Origin: Amoebophrya sp. A120
Lineage: Eukaryota; Protista; Dinoflagellata
Direction: 5' to 3'
Assembly (NCBI GenBank): GCA_905178155.1
Contig: CAJINV010000001.1
Coordinates: forward strand, 15,996,142 to 16,060,141
Length of the DNA stretch: 64,000 nt
Below the pieces are notes generated by a model, which saw nothing but the letters and a program-made list of their open reading frames with translations, was not told the DNA's origin and made no database searches. The translations under genes were made by a program, and so were the position numbers. Numbering within the stretch: the first letter of the stretch is position 1; each line of letters opens with the position of its first letter. Positions 13,151 through 25,408 of the stretch are shown here, one piece after another.

Positions 13151-15193
13151 AAGGAAATCTCGAGAAGCCCCGACTGCCTAAGTAAGATGTTTGGAAAAGG
13201 GGGCTTCTTATAGAGAAAACGAGGGGCGAATGCGTTCAGGGCACAAAAAAACGGTCTCCGGGAACAGGACCACTGCTACGGGGCCTCTCCCTACGCTACA
13301 CTCACCGACCCCCCGCTACATTCGGAGGCAAAAATCGACCTCAAGACCCGCACCTTTCATGGGCAAGACGCGCCCAGGGTAGCCAGAATGCCCTATGCTA
13401 AACACTGCGCGACGGGAAAAACGCCCAGCGTCCTGCACCAAGCCATTCTCTGCGCGAGACCAAAAACACCTCCACAGCCAGCCTGGGACTTATGTTGGCA
13501 CCGCGTGAGCTGTTCCCAGGGTATCCTTAGCCAGAATACACTATGCTAAACACAGCACTGCGGGAAAAATAAAAGAAAGTAAGGAACGGCGAAAAAAAAG
13601 CGCAACACCAAGGACTCGCGGCACGCCGCCAACACCCACCACCCACCCTAGGGCAACGCACGGTCCCTCCCTCGGGTAGCCGGCCCCCCATGTGTCACAC
13701 ACGCGCTGCAACCCGGCAAAGGCCCCACAACGAAATCAGCAGCGCCCACACGATCTAGGGCAGCAAGCAAGAACGAACGAAAAACTTGTGGCCTTCGCCG
13801 GCCACGCAAGCGGGCGGACGAAATTCGCACGCGCGCGCGGCAGCGCGCGAAGAATTTTTTTTTTCTGGTACAGGGAACAAGGCCGCGGGTCCGGATAAAA
13901 TTCCGGGCCACATGCGCATCGTCTTTGCTTTCGCCGTGCCGCGCAAGCAGAGTCAGCACCGCCTCGCGCACGCCATGCTGCCCCATCTCCGCCGAGCAGC
14001 AAATCAGAGCAGGCCCCCCCGCACGCAGAGAAAATAAACGCACGGGGGAAATTGCGCCAGCTCGGTGCGCTTCCGCGTGCGCGGTGTGCGAAAGAGATCT
14101 TTCAGACCCTCCCCCGCTCCCCAAGGAGACGAGGCTAGGCTGCGTGCCTGGTACGCGCGAAAAATACCAGGCGCCCTCCAACCACACAAGCACGGACATC
14201 AAAGGCCGCTTGCGCAAAGCGGATTCTGCACGGGCTTGCCCCCCAAAGAAGGGGCCCCAGGCTGTGTCTGTGTGCGTTGCGCGCGACAACTTTTTTGTCG
14301 TCCCCTGCAGCAAGGAGGCCCCCGCGTGAGCAAAAAACGGGCCAAGAGAAACAAAGAGGGGACGGGCAGCCAGCGCGCGCAGCGCGCGAGAAAAATTTTA
14401 GGCTTTCCACATGAATGGGAGGGGCCGGGGGGGCCGCGGGCGCGTGCGTCGCACGGAGAAGAAGCAAGTTGCCCCACAAGGAAGGCGCCCGAATCGTGCC
14501 AAATGCGGAGAGTTGAGTTTGTCGAACCCCTTTCGCCCATTTCGAAACCCACACGACCTACGGTTCGGCTGCAAGAAATTTTCTCCGCGCGCGCAGCGCG
14601 CGCCGAGATTTTTTTTTCGGCCCTCCCTGGGTTCCGCTTTTTGCGGGCACCGGATCTGGCTTTGCGCCTTTCTTACCTCAACGAGGCATCGCCGCCCGCG
14701 TCGGTGCAAAAGCGCAAAACCAAACACAACGCAAAACCCACCACCGAGCCTATCTTCATTCCGAGCAAGGCTTCCGATAGCCAGCCCCTTGACTTCGGGA
14801 TGCGGGACCGGGAGCAACGGCAGCCAGAATCCGCCATCCGCCCCCTTCTCGGAAGTGAGAAGGGGGCCGATGAGTCGCGCAGATTCTTGGTGTATCCGGC
14901 GGCCTGAAAAGTATCGTCGCAAGAAATCGACGAAACGCGCACCCGTGCGCCATTGCTTTCATACCTGGTTGGAAGCCCTTGCACAGGTGCGGGGGCGCAA
15001 AAACTACCCCAATTGATTCGCGCGCCCCCAACATAATCATACTGCCAGTCCGACTAACAAGTGCGGAGGTTGGAGCACGCTACAGAAAGTCTGAACGCTA
15101 GGGGCGAAATTTGTCCCGGTGTCTTTCTCCGCTGCCACTCCTCACGACAAAGAGCGGGACCAGTCCCCACGCCGCGCGAGCTGTTGCACGCTC

Positions 15194-15290
15194 GGACTTT
15201 TTTCCTTTGGCTGGACTTTTTTCCTTTGGCTGGACTTTTCTCCTTGGCAGGACTTTTCTCCTTAGCAGCTTTGACTTTTCTCCTTGCGTG
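15194..15290 (+). repeat. ~19-bp tandem repeat (ggacttttctccttggct), ~5 copies
   Basis: Directly visible; related to the 12256/12540 motif. Confidence 0.8.
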
Positions 15291-15479
15291 ATAATTTATT
15301 TTTTTTTTCTGGACCCCTATATAGGAGAGATAGGTTTTAATAAAATATCATTTTTTTGTACCTATGTCCTTTTATTTTACCTAGTACTGCTACTTCTTCT
15401 CGTTGTTCAGAGTGCTTTTCTTGCTGTCACACACAGTAAATTGAAGCTGCCATCAATGCTACGGTTTGATTGATCTGAT

Positions 15480-16420
15480 GTTGCGCTCGAGAGGACACAT
15501 TGAAACCATGCACGACAGAGAGCTTTACTCAATAGTACCAAACAACACCACGCGGAATGTGACGATGCAAAAACCGAACAAAATGGCGCCGAAGGCCAAA
15601 TAGCTGCTGGATTCGCAACGTGTACGTGCACGTGGCGGGAAAAAATAAACACTAACGAAATCAATTTACAAAAAAAAGTTCTATCGACTGTTGCATAGTT
15701 GCCTTCGATGCGCATCGAAAAGCGCTTGCAGTAGAAGAGTAGCGTGCCTTGATGCGTCTTGAAGGCTGCAAAGTGGCCACCGTCCTTTGCAGTACCAGAG
15801 CGATCGTAAAATTGCGTGATATTATCGAAAAAGAGCTCGACGTCAAAAAAAAGTTCGCCTATCAAATCATGCTTGTCGATCATGTCAGCAATCAGAGAAG
15901 TAACACGCATCTTTATATGCAATATTTATCTTACAACTAGAGTACTCCGCAGCACGCCTACACCTCCTCCTTCGAAATTTTCGTACACTGCTGCTTTTCT
16001 GTTCTTGGAGAAGAACGGTAGTGATGGTTTCACGTTCCCAGACGAAAAAACTAAGAAATTGATTACACTATACACAAATGTGCAGGAGAGATAAGCTCGT
16101 CGTGCCAAATTGCAAAAACTACTTGCGTATGAACTTCGGGGCGATTCTCGCAGGACGCTCAGTTTGTTACATCTGAATGTACCGCACCGGCGAGGCGGAC
16201 CGACGACACCCTCGCATCTTTGTCCTTCCCATAAAGACAAGTACTTCGTTCGCCGAAATCATGGCTCTAGAATTCTCAGGAGCTAAGCATCGAGAGACAG
16301 TGACCAAGCTCTCGCTTCAACACTGCAAGGTCTTGTGCGGTGCATTTTGCACTGCGCAGCACGGCACGGAACAAAGCTTGACGCTCCAAAGCCGAATCCA
16401 ACTGCAGAGCCAATTGTAGG
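15480..16420 (+). pseudogene. Degenerate hAT-like transposase relic
   Basis: Broken plus-strand frames give, in hAT order: IVPNNTTRNV (cf. PxxTRWN), ALMRLEGCKVAT (cf. AT..LEG....T) and HPRIFVLPIKTSTSFAE...FSGAKHRETVTKLSL (cf. dimerisation domain). Motif match by eye only. Confidence 0.4.
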
Positions 16421-18648
16421 TTCTCCAATGCGTCTTCTAACTTGCCACCAAGGACAAGTTCCGGCACGTCCTCCTCTGTTGACCACTCTACTTCGCTGTT
16501 ACTCAACAAACGCTGAACTGGTGCACTGTTTCCGCAGTGAAGTGGTGCGCCAGGGTTCTCGTCCCCGCCTTGCTTTTTTTTCCTGCGATTTTTACTGCTC
16601 AAGAGCGATTGTGGGACCCAGGTCGGACCAAGCCGCTTTTGCAGCCAGCGGGCGAGGCGCGACCGGCCCGTTTCCGTGCACAGAAAGCCCGAAATCATGT
16701 GCGCGGACCCCCAAGCATAAAACCTGGCGAAGTCCACTTCTTTTTCCTCCTTGGCGTTGCGATTTTTGCCTTCGCAACCCTCGCGGTCGCACTTCTTTTT
16801 ATGGTCTTGGACATTTCGACAGACAGCAGTAGTAGAGACGGAATGCACCGAAGCAGGATCCAAGATGCTCCACATCGAATGCTCGGAAAGCATAGTGCAA
16901 CTACTACTGTCCTCGTACACAAACACAGGCTCGAGTTTCCAGGTTGCTTTTTTCGCAGGAGCGGCTGAGCTGTGCGAAGTAGCTGCCTCTTCTTGTTCTA
17001 ATCGCGGGAACAACCCGCAACACACGCTTTGCTCGTAGTGTTCCCAAGAACTGTCCCGATTATCCAGCGGGAGGTAATTATATGCTGGAGTTGCAAGTAG
17101 GAGGTTGTCGTCTTCCTCCGCATCATCTTCAACGGAGTCTTCGTCCGCATTAGTTCCCAGCGCCTCATCTGGCCTACCCGTCCCTGTCCTTTCTCCAGCT
17201 TTAAGACTCAGTTGCTGCCACCGCTCTGCTGTCGCAGCTGTCAAAGCCCGTATCTTCAATCTACTACCTTGATGCCGCAAGCGATCTTGCCGCGAGGCTA
17301 CGGACGCTCCGGACAGGAACGGAAGGCAAACACAGGTCTGTAACAACAGCTGTGCGGACGACGATTGGGAGGTCGTGTGATGTTCATCTCGGTGATGTTC
17401 CTCCTTCTGCTCGTCAACATTTTCGCCATATAAATTCAGCATGCTGCTACTGCTGCTTTCCTTCGTCTTGGTACTGCTCTTTCCGCTAGCGAACCCTGCG
17501 GCTTCCGCTTTGTTTAGCGAGCCCCTTGTGTGGTCCGGATGATCCGCCGGAGGGGTGGTTCTGATAATCCAAGTCGGCGTCGCTTTATGCAGCATGGGCC
17601 GCAGCTGCAGGATGCAGTTCGCATAGGAGACGACGCACAGAACGAGCAACGCGACGCGGACAGTGCAGAGGTCGCTGGTGTTCCACACGTCGCGGACAGA
17701 CGTGCGCGCCGAAGAGAAAAGCGGCACGGTTGTTTTCTTGGCAAGAAGTCGGGAACGGCGCACTCGCAGCGTGCTGTTCTTGTGGCTTGTTACAGCCTCC
17801 TGCTCTGCGATTGGGAAGATCAACGGCGACAAAGCAGATTCGCCCGGCATCACGGTGTTTGAACTACTGCTAGAAGTGGGAGAACGGTTGCCGATTTCGG
17901 TGTTGCTTGTGAGTTCTGTGGTCGCCTTGTGTTTCAAATTTTCTCGGGAGTCTCCATGATCTTCACGTGCTTTCTGGAGTTCTTTCTCGATTTCTTCCAG
18001 AAAATTCTCGATGTCTGCGTCACTGGCCTCGAGTGGAATGCGTCCCGTCGAAGGGTTTACGGAATGAAGAAGTGGAGATGTTGACGTTGAGTCGCGGGAG
18101 TTTGTTGCAGGGGTCCGACGCACCCTTCTCGTCGGAAGTGCCATCTCATCATCGCTATCTGCGAGCAAATAGCCGGGCCAGCCGCAGCTGCTCGAGCTTT
18201 TCCGCACGCCTTTTTGCATCTGCTCCTCGCAAACGAAAGACGGCAAAGACGCCTGTTTTTGTTCTCTGCCTTCGCCCCGCTCGTGTACAGAAGGATAGGG
18301 TTGATTCTGGAGCACAGGTGAGGAGATTGGAGGGAAATATTCGCTCTTTTCGCCATCAGGATCTGCTGCCAAGAACTCATCGAAACCAAAGGTTCGCTTC
18401 TCATCGGATAAAAAAGCCGGTGTGTCGACCGCTTGCAGTCGACTTTTATTTCGTCGGTCAAATTCCCGACAAATTTGGCTGGCTTTGCCTTGTGCCAGAA
18501 GTGTGTCACCTTTCGGCGTTCCGGTTTTCTGCCCTTCGCTTTCTCCAGCAGCAGTTATTCGAGCTGCTGTTGCGGGAACGCCTGCGAGCCCGACAAAAAC
18601 GGCCAGGCAGAGGAAGTCGCATGGTCGACAGAAGAGGACTCTACCCAT
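16276..18648 (-). CDS. Hypothetical 790-aa protein with signal peptide and one internal hydrophobic segment
   Basis: Long uninterrupted ORF with N-terminal FLCLAVFVGLAGVPATAA and internal VRVALLVLCVVSYANCIL. Confidence 0.7.
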   Translation of the reverse strand: MGRVLFCRPCDFLCLAVFVGLAGVPATAARITAAGESEGQKTGTPKGDTLLAQGKASQICREFDRRNKSRLQAVDTPAFLSDEKRTFGFDEFLAADPDGEKSEYFPPISSPVLQNQPYPSVHERGEGREQKQASLPSFVCEEQMQKGVRKSSSSCGWPGYLLADSDDEMALPTRRVRRTPATNSRDSTSTSPLLHSVNPSTGRIPLEASDADIENFLEEIEKELQKAREDHGDSRENLKHKATTELTSNTEIGNRSPTSSSSSNTVMPGESALSPLIFPIAEQEAVTSHKNSTLRVRRSRLLAKKTTVPLFSSARTSVRDVWNTSDLCTVRVALLVLCVVSYANCILQLRPMLHKATPTWIIRTTPPADHPDHTRGSLNKAEAAGFASGKSSTKTKESSSSSMLNLYGENVDEQKEEHHRDEHHTTSQSSSAQLLLQTCVCLPFLSGASVASRQDRLRHQGSRLKIRALTAATAERWQQLSLKAGERTGTGRPDEALGTNADEDSVEDDAEEDDNLLLATPAYNYLPLDNRDSSWEHYEQSVCCGLFPRLEQEEAATSHSSAAPAKKATWKLEPVFVYEDSSSCTMLSEHSMWSILDPASVHSVSTTAVCRNVQDHKKKCDREGCEGKNRNAKEEKEVDFARFYAWGSAHMISGFLCTETGRSRLARWLQKRLGPTWVPQSLLSSKNRRKKKQGGDENPGAPLHCGNSAPVQRLLSNSEVEWSTEEDVPELVLGGKLEDALENLQLALQLDSALERQALFRAVLRSAKCTAQDLAVLKRELGHCLSMLSS

Positions 18649-19824
18649 TGCGGTCCTCCAATAATTCCTGTTGCGAGGAACAACTGGATTGATGCAATGC
18701 GTTGAGAAGCTTTATGGTTATTTCCGTAACTCTAACTTACTTACTGCCGTTTAATACCGTGGGAGGCTTCGAAGATGTAAACAGTACGACGCAAAAGGTG
18801 TGAGCGGCAGTGTATGTGAAAAATGTCGTTGAACTGAAAAATGATGTGTGCTGCTGAAGGCAATGAAAAAAACGCACCGCATCGCTGCGAGGCAAAATGA
18901 CAAAGAAGGCGAGCAGCACTTCAAAAAAACAAAGAGGCAAAACACTCTTCAATGTTGCAGTGAGCTGCCAGCCATGACCCGATCAATCATAAGTGAAGGA
19001 TCGAGTTTGGGAGCCAGCTGATCTCTTTCTCTTCTTGCTTGTGAATCACACAAGCAGCACCAATGCAATCCGACACTGACTGAAGATCAGGAGGGTAAAC
19101 AGATGGTCACGATCAACGTCATGATACGCATCGAGAAGTAGAGCGAATCTAACGAGCACAAATGCGTTTGAACATCTTCACCCGTCCAAGAAGCCCTGCC
19201 TTTGTACAGACCATTTTGGCTTTTCTTCTTCAGTGCCCAAACTAGTTTTCTTCAGTGCTCAAAACAACTTGCTTCAGTCCGTGCGACTCCTCCCTTCGTG
19301 ATTTTTTTTTGTACAGTATCTTCACATCCATCTGTTTAGTTTCTGCCTATTACTTGCCTTGGGGGGTAGTACACGTAAGTACATTTGTTCATTTTTCTTT
19401 TGATAAGAGTAGGTAGATCGACACATCATGGTTCTCTCTTGGTTGTCTGTTCGTTCATTTGATACCTTAGACAGGTTCGTTTTATTTGTTGGCGTAGTAG
19501 ATTCAATACTTTCTTCATAGGACACTAACGCTATACCTAGCATCTCAAGACGAGAGGAAAGAATATAGCAACGAGTATCGATAGGCGTTCCGCGTCAAGA
19601 GTTCTCAAGTCGTTGAATCTCTGGTCGCTGCTGTTGATTCGTAGCATACCGTATCAGCGAAAGGCGGTGTCAGAAGTGTAAGGAAACTCGAAACATTTAA
19701 ATCAAGAAGCTCTGTTCGTCACAGGTTTTGTAAAATGGCGTGCCTCACCATCGCCATTCATTCGGACAGAAATCATACATTGGACGCAAGACCAACCCCA
19801 AGCGCCCCCGCCCTCACTCAATAA

Positions 19825-22800
19825 CTACAGTTCTTGTTTCTGCGAAGAAGTAGCCCCCTCTTTGCCGTGTCCATCCCTGCGAAACTGGTAAAACTTGGTG
19901 GGGTCCTTTTCCTGCTGCAAGCCGGTTCGCATCCACTGCGTCACGGTGGTCTTCACGCCCTCCAGTACCGGGCACGCAGCATGCCTCGTGTTGCGTCCCG
20001 GGTCCGGGTTGTACTTGAAGAACATGACACTGCCCTTCTTCTTCGGCGTGAATTTCAGGTGGTCGTTCACAAACACGGTCGCCCCGCCCCGTTTCGGGAT
20101 GTCGCAGTACAACAGCGCGGTGGTGACGCGACGGATGGGGGCCAGCTGGAAAGGGCGGTTGTCTGCATCGGTCTTGTTCGTCACATCGTTGCAGTGCTCC
20201 TCGTCGCAGTGCGGCTTGTACTCGTAGCCGACGGGGTTATGGCGTTCTCAACTGTTACATTCTGAACTGCTGCATGAGTTTGTCATGGTGCAAAATTGCA
20301 ATACATTCTCTACAGGATCAAGCTGCTTCGCCTGGCAGGTTCTCGACGCACTAGATTGGTAGCATGAAAATCAAAGTCTGCGCCAAACTTGTAAAGCAAA
20401 AGGCGCAATCTTCCGCCTTGCACAGCACTTTTATTGCCATTCTTGCATTACAAAGAAATCTATGTAGCAGCTAAGAATGCAACGTTTGAGAACTCCGTAG
20501 GGGTAGTTGAGGTACTGCAACGGCTCCTGGCCCGGGGACCACAGGTCGCCCTGCCCGGTCAGCCTCCGCGCGGCCTCGAACAAACGCTCGCGCACTATCA
20601 GAAGGAAAAATCCCCCCACCCCATATCAAGACGAGACTTCTGATTCTCGATTTGGGTACACAAATCAGCCCTGTCTTGCAGTGAGGCACTACAGGGGGCA
20701 AAGCCTCAGCCTGCGTAGGGGTGTTTTGTTGTAGGCACTTAGCATGATAGAGGCCCGCCATGTTCATGTACGTGAAACAGCATTACAAATCGCCTCCATA
20801 AGGCGGCGAATTCTTTGCATTTGCCTTCTTGCAAGAGAGGCAGGATTTGTGGTCACAAATAAGCATCACAAATTTTTAGGAACATACATTTTCAATATGG
20901 GGAGGGGGGATTTTTCCGCACGGTACGCACGGAGACGAAGGTCGCGTCCGTGGGATGGCTTTGGTACGACGTGTATCAAGTGTAAAAATGTCTGGGTCTG
21001 GAAGGATGTAACTTGTGATGCGCATTTCAGAACACACAAAATTCTCTGATGCATAGGCAGCAAAAGCTGCTCACTTTCTGTCACCAAAGTGGGGGATTTG
21101 TCATGCGGATTCGGCATTGCGGAAGCTTCTCGAAACCTGTGATGCTAGAGCTTCCATGCAAGACCTTCCGTGTCATGCAGAAACAGCAGGACTCTTCCAG
21201 ACCCAGACATTTTTACATTTGATAAAGTGTAGTTCCTGTTTTCTTTAGTACTACTGTTGCTCAAACCCGACCCCTGCATCAGGCAGTGTGATTGTTCTTT
21301 CATAGAGGCGCCGAGGCACATCTGACTCGCCAAAGTCCGCCGGCTTTTGTCCAGGGTGTGCCTCGTCGCGCCGGTACCCTTCATCACCACCGCTGGCTTC
21401 AGGGGACCGCCGATCAACGCGTGCTCCCGCAGCGTCTGGCACTCTGCCTCGCTCACCAAGTCCTCCACAACAACCACGGACGCGGGGCCCTCGCGAAGGA
21501 CGCGCACAGTCAGCTCACCCTGTTTCATGTTGGACTTGGCCCACAGAGTCGCAAGGTCGTCCTCGGCGGCGGGCTGGCTCTGCTCCGGATAGACGCGGTC
21601 GAACCACGCCGATTCTCCGCTCAACTTCAGGGAAAAGCTCCGCACGAACTCGGAGTCGGGGGTTTGCGTGCACAGGTGAAAATAGGGGTTCAGCGCCCAC
21701 ATTTGGAACCACCAACGCCAGGAGAACCGCGGGGGCATGATGTAGTTCGGCCGCCCCGGAATCGTCGCACTTTTTACTAAACACCGGTTAAACACGTTCG
21801 GCTGCATCTCGCCCCGCGCGAGAGCCTTTCTCGAATGGAACAATCGGTGCTCCGCCCACAACAGGTCGCGCGGGCTTGCTTCGCGAGCCAAAACGAAAGA
21901 ACTATTTTTGGGAAGAGATGCAGTTTGAATTTCTTCCGTCTTGTTCTCAACGGTCGCATCGTCTGCTGCTTCGTCCCCGGAGGTCGAGGTTGTGTTGATC
22001 ACAGAGGATGTATTTACTTCGTTCTATCCAAGCAAAAAAAGTGTGTGTTACAGTTACACAAATATAGCAGACTCAGCAACACAGATTTGGTCTGCAGGGT
22101 AATGCAGAGATCCGAAGGGAAGACATGCATGAAACGAGATTCCTACGCTTTTGGGGCATAGGAGAGAGGTCGCCTTTCTTGCTTGCCTCGCATCAACTAC
22201 ACAATGTGTAAAAACTGTGACAGCTCTTTTTTCTCTGCATACCGTCACTTGGTCGTCCAGCCGAGTCACCGGGACGGAGATGTTGGACCTGCGTAACGCT
22301 TCCGACGCCCGCATCGTGCAGTTGCCTCGTAAAGCGGAGTCCGCCAGGTGGACCTTCACGTCGTCGGCGTCGTAGGTGTGAAATTCCCGGGCGGTCTCGA
22401 AGATGACCACCAGCAACATTTCGCCCGGGTACACAAACGACAGCGGTTTCAACTCGAAGGGCAGTTCTTTGGCAAGCCTGGGACTCAGCAACGGCCTCAA
22501 CACCATCTCTTTCCCGGCGTACCCCGCCGCCGACGCCGAAAAGCGGAGCATTATCCTGAGTAAAAACGTCCCCACGCCAGAATTGTAATGCAGATTTGCA
22601 AAGACAGGAAGACTTGTAATGCGCATCCCCATGAGAGCCATTTCCAATCATGTTTTGGAATTTGTGATGCTGTGAACAGGATGAGCAGATGAATCTGTGA
22701 CGCGGCTGCACTTGCTAACCTGCACTACACTGCGGAGTGCAACTTGTCATGCGTGACTCCCAAAACTCGTAGGTTTGTGTTGCAAAATCCCCATCCTGAC

Positions 22801-24608
22801 TCTGGTGTAGGGACGTTTTTACTCAGGATAAGCATCCCGATTCGTTCACTGCGGTGCATGGAAGAAGCTTTCGTAAAATTCGTCTCTGCCGGGACAACGT
22901 ACTTCAATAACCCGTCTTTCAGGCCCAGTTCGAAGGGCACCGGACTCAAGTTCCACACAACCAGGTCGTCGCTCGGGGCGCCGTCGGACGTTCCCTCGCC
23001 TGGCTCCATGTTGAAAAAGTCCGTCGACCGGTTCGCGGAAAACCGCCAGCCCAGATGGCGCACGATTTCCTGTAGCCGGTGCTCGGGCACCGCGTCCATC
23101 CACGATGGCAATGCGAAAGGAACATCTTGATTTGCTGCTTCTGCCTCGTCCAGCTTCTGCTTCCACAGCGGTATGGGGATTTCGTCCTTCATCACCGCTG
23201 AGATCAAAGATTTTGTATTTTTCCCCAGCGCTGGTACGGGAATAATTTCGTCCTTCTTCGCTGGGGAGGGTATGACTGATTCCCCGTTGCTTTCGTTTGC
23301 TCCCCCGTTTCTTGCTGTTTTTGCCCACGCAGATAAAAAATCGCTTGACGGTGGAGGTCTGGCCGTCTTGTTCTCGGTGGAAATGAAATCATCACTCTTA
23401 CCGGTTCCATTTCCTGCGCCTGCCCCAGTTGGTGAGGACCCCGAGTTCTTGTTTGATGTTGACGATCGCCTTTGTACTTCGCCATCTTCTGCTTGTTGTG
23501 CTTCTTCGTCGTGGTCCTCGCATTTCTTTTCCGCTTCTGCTGCAGTTTGGTTTTTCTTGGAGCTGTTCTGGAGTTCCTTCCTGAGGATGTTCATCACGTG
23601 CGAAATAGAGTTTTTCTTGCCGGCGTTAACAGATGGGTAAATGTATGGCGGATTAATTTCATTCTTATCCTGCTCTACTTCATCACTTCCGGCCTCGTCC
23701 TTCGCAGAAGTTTCGTTTCCCGGGGCGAAATCGTGGACCGAGGTCAGACGTGCGTGTGTCATGTACACGTCGCGAGACATGTCGGCGAGCGTCATGACCC
23801 GTGCGACGCCGTTTTCCAGGATTTCGAGAAGAAAATGGCTGCTGTTGCGCCGCGAAAAGGGAAACATCTGCAACAAATTTTCCTGTTGTTCTTGACCCGG
23901 CGTTGACGCAGGAGGTGTCATTGGTTCGAGAACGGTTCCTGTCGCCAGTGGAAAAGGAGAAGGTCTTGTCGCATTTAGTACCTGCGACAGGATCGTCCCT
24001 TGCCCTTCTTCTTTTTCTGAGACAGGATCTCCACTTTCACTCGTCGATGAATAAAGTGCTCCTGCAGCAGAAGAATTGATTTGCGTTGTGTCGTTCTGGA
24101 CGATGCTTCTCATTCGCGCGTTTTCTTTTCCAGTGCGTTCTTTCGGCACCAGCAAACGCATAACCTCGTTCGGCTTAATCTGCTGCGTCTCGCGAAAAAT
24201 CGCACTTCTCCCAACGGCAGCCGGAATCACGCGTGTTTCCCAGGTCCAAGAAGACTTCTCGGCAGTCTTCTTCTGCTTCTCATTTTCCTCTGCCTTCTTC
24301 TCAACAACCGAGGTCCTCGACGGCGTGGGAACTAAGCGCTGGATTGCGACGCTGGTAGGTGATTTGTTGACCACCCACATCGGCAAAGTTTCTTGCTTCG
24401 GAGTTGTTGGGAGACGCTTTTTCAATTCTTCCAGCAGGCGCCTCTGCATGTCCATGTTCCTTTGCGGGGGCATCGGCGAGGAGACCGACTCTTCCATCTT
24501 TCCCGGAGGACTTGGGTCGCTGCTCGCGGCACCAGACGTCTCGGCAACGGCTGAGGCTGTGCCTGGCAGTAAAGCTGCCAGCAGCAACACATATGAACGC
24601 GGACGCAT
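19825..24608 (-). CDS. Secreted prolyl 4-hydroxylase-like 2OG-Fe(II) dioxygenase with long N-terminal region (4 introners plus one GT-AG intron at 22248-22024)
   Basis: Signal peptide at 24608. After splicing: VEDLVSEAECQTL...RT..., EPLQYLNYPVGYEYKPHCD, RRVTTALLYC, GGATVF, HAACPVLEGVKTTVTQWMR (HxD...H...K). Confidence 0.9.
20238..20499. mobile_element. Introner, own TIR family
   Basis: TIR tatggcgttctcaa.../...ttgagaactccgta; DR ggggt/ggggt. Excision gives NYPVGYEYKPH. Confidence 0.9.
20596..20925. mobile_element. Introner family B (GGAAAAATCCCCC TIR)
   Basis: DR cgcac/cgcac. Excision gives TFVSVRERLF. Confidence 0.9.
20974..21224. mobile_element. Introner family A (ATGTCTGGGTCTGGAAG TIR)
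   Basis: ~30-bp TIR; DR acgtg/aagtg. Excision gives NYTSYQSHPTD. Confidence 0.9.
22552..22830. mobile_element. Introner family C
   Basis: TIR tatcctgagtaaaaacgtccc; DR agcat/agcat. Excision gives RIGMLRFSAS. Confidence 0.92.
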
Positions 24609-25408
24609 GGTCGCTTCGAATCGACAATTTGTGATTCTGCTCGTTCGGGTAACTTCGACGGTAAATGCGACTATCGGAGATGTCGTACTATTAGCATTAG
24701 CAGGTTTTTCCGATTCTCTGTCTCAAAACGTAAGACGACTATAATGGATTGCTCTAATTTTCGTGTGAGAACAGCAGAGAAACAACGAAGAAGTGCAAAA
24801 CAAATGAAGTCGAAAAATTGATGGCGACAAAGTGGCGGCGAAGAACGAAACTGTAGTCACTCAATCTACTAAATACCGTCTTGCGATGCGAAACGATTAA
24901 GATACGGGCAAGAAACGAGGCGTCGATTCTCGATTACAGAGCCGTAACATTGCTCAGGAAAATAATGTGCGTACGTAGGCGATTTTTTTCCCGTTGCACC
25001 ACGACGATTGCGCCGACGAAAACAATGACAATTTTGATTCAGCCACTTGGTACACTACCTAATATGGTGGAACACGACCTGTGAAAGATGTCGCCACGTT
25101 GAGGAGCCCTATGCTCCTTGTCCTTGATGTCTTTCTTTGTTTTTCTTTTCATAATTATTGTTCTGTGTCGCTTAAGGGACTTGTCGCTTGATTTGGTTCG
25201 CTACTGCTGGAACGCTTCCAGCAAATCTGTTCGTTTCCGCGAAAGAAGCACGGCGATTCTTGATAATCGTATGTGTTACTGTACTTTTGCGCGTCGGCAG
25301 GGAGAGGGTCAGGGAAATTGAGTGTCGTCACTCATGAGTACAAAGGTTACCAACAGTGAAAGTGGGACGACCACTTCGCATCCCCACAAAAATTTTCGAC
25401 ACACTACA

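Noticed and set aside
12288-15040. ORFs in the repeat island as genes
   Set aside because: They arise from minisatellites and GC/homopolymer-rich sequence with overlapping frames and no recognisable motif.
19211-19221. Relict dinoflagellate spliced leader (ccattttggct)
   Set aside because: Only 11 nt match, on the non-coding strand, with no CAAG end.
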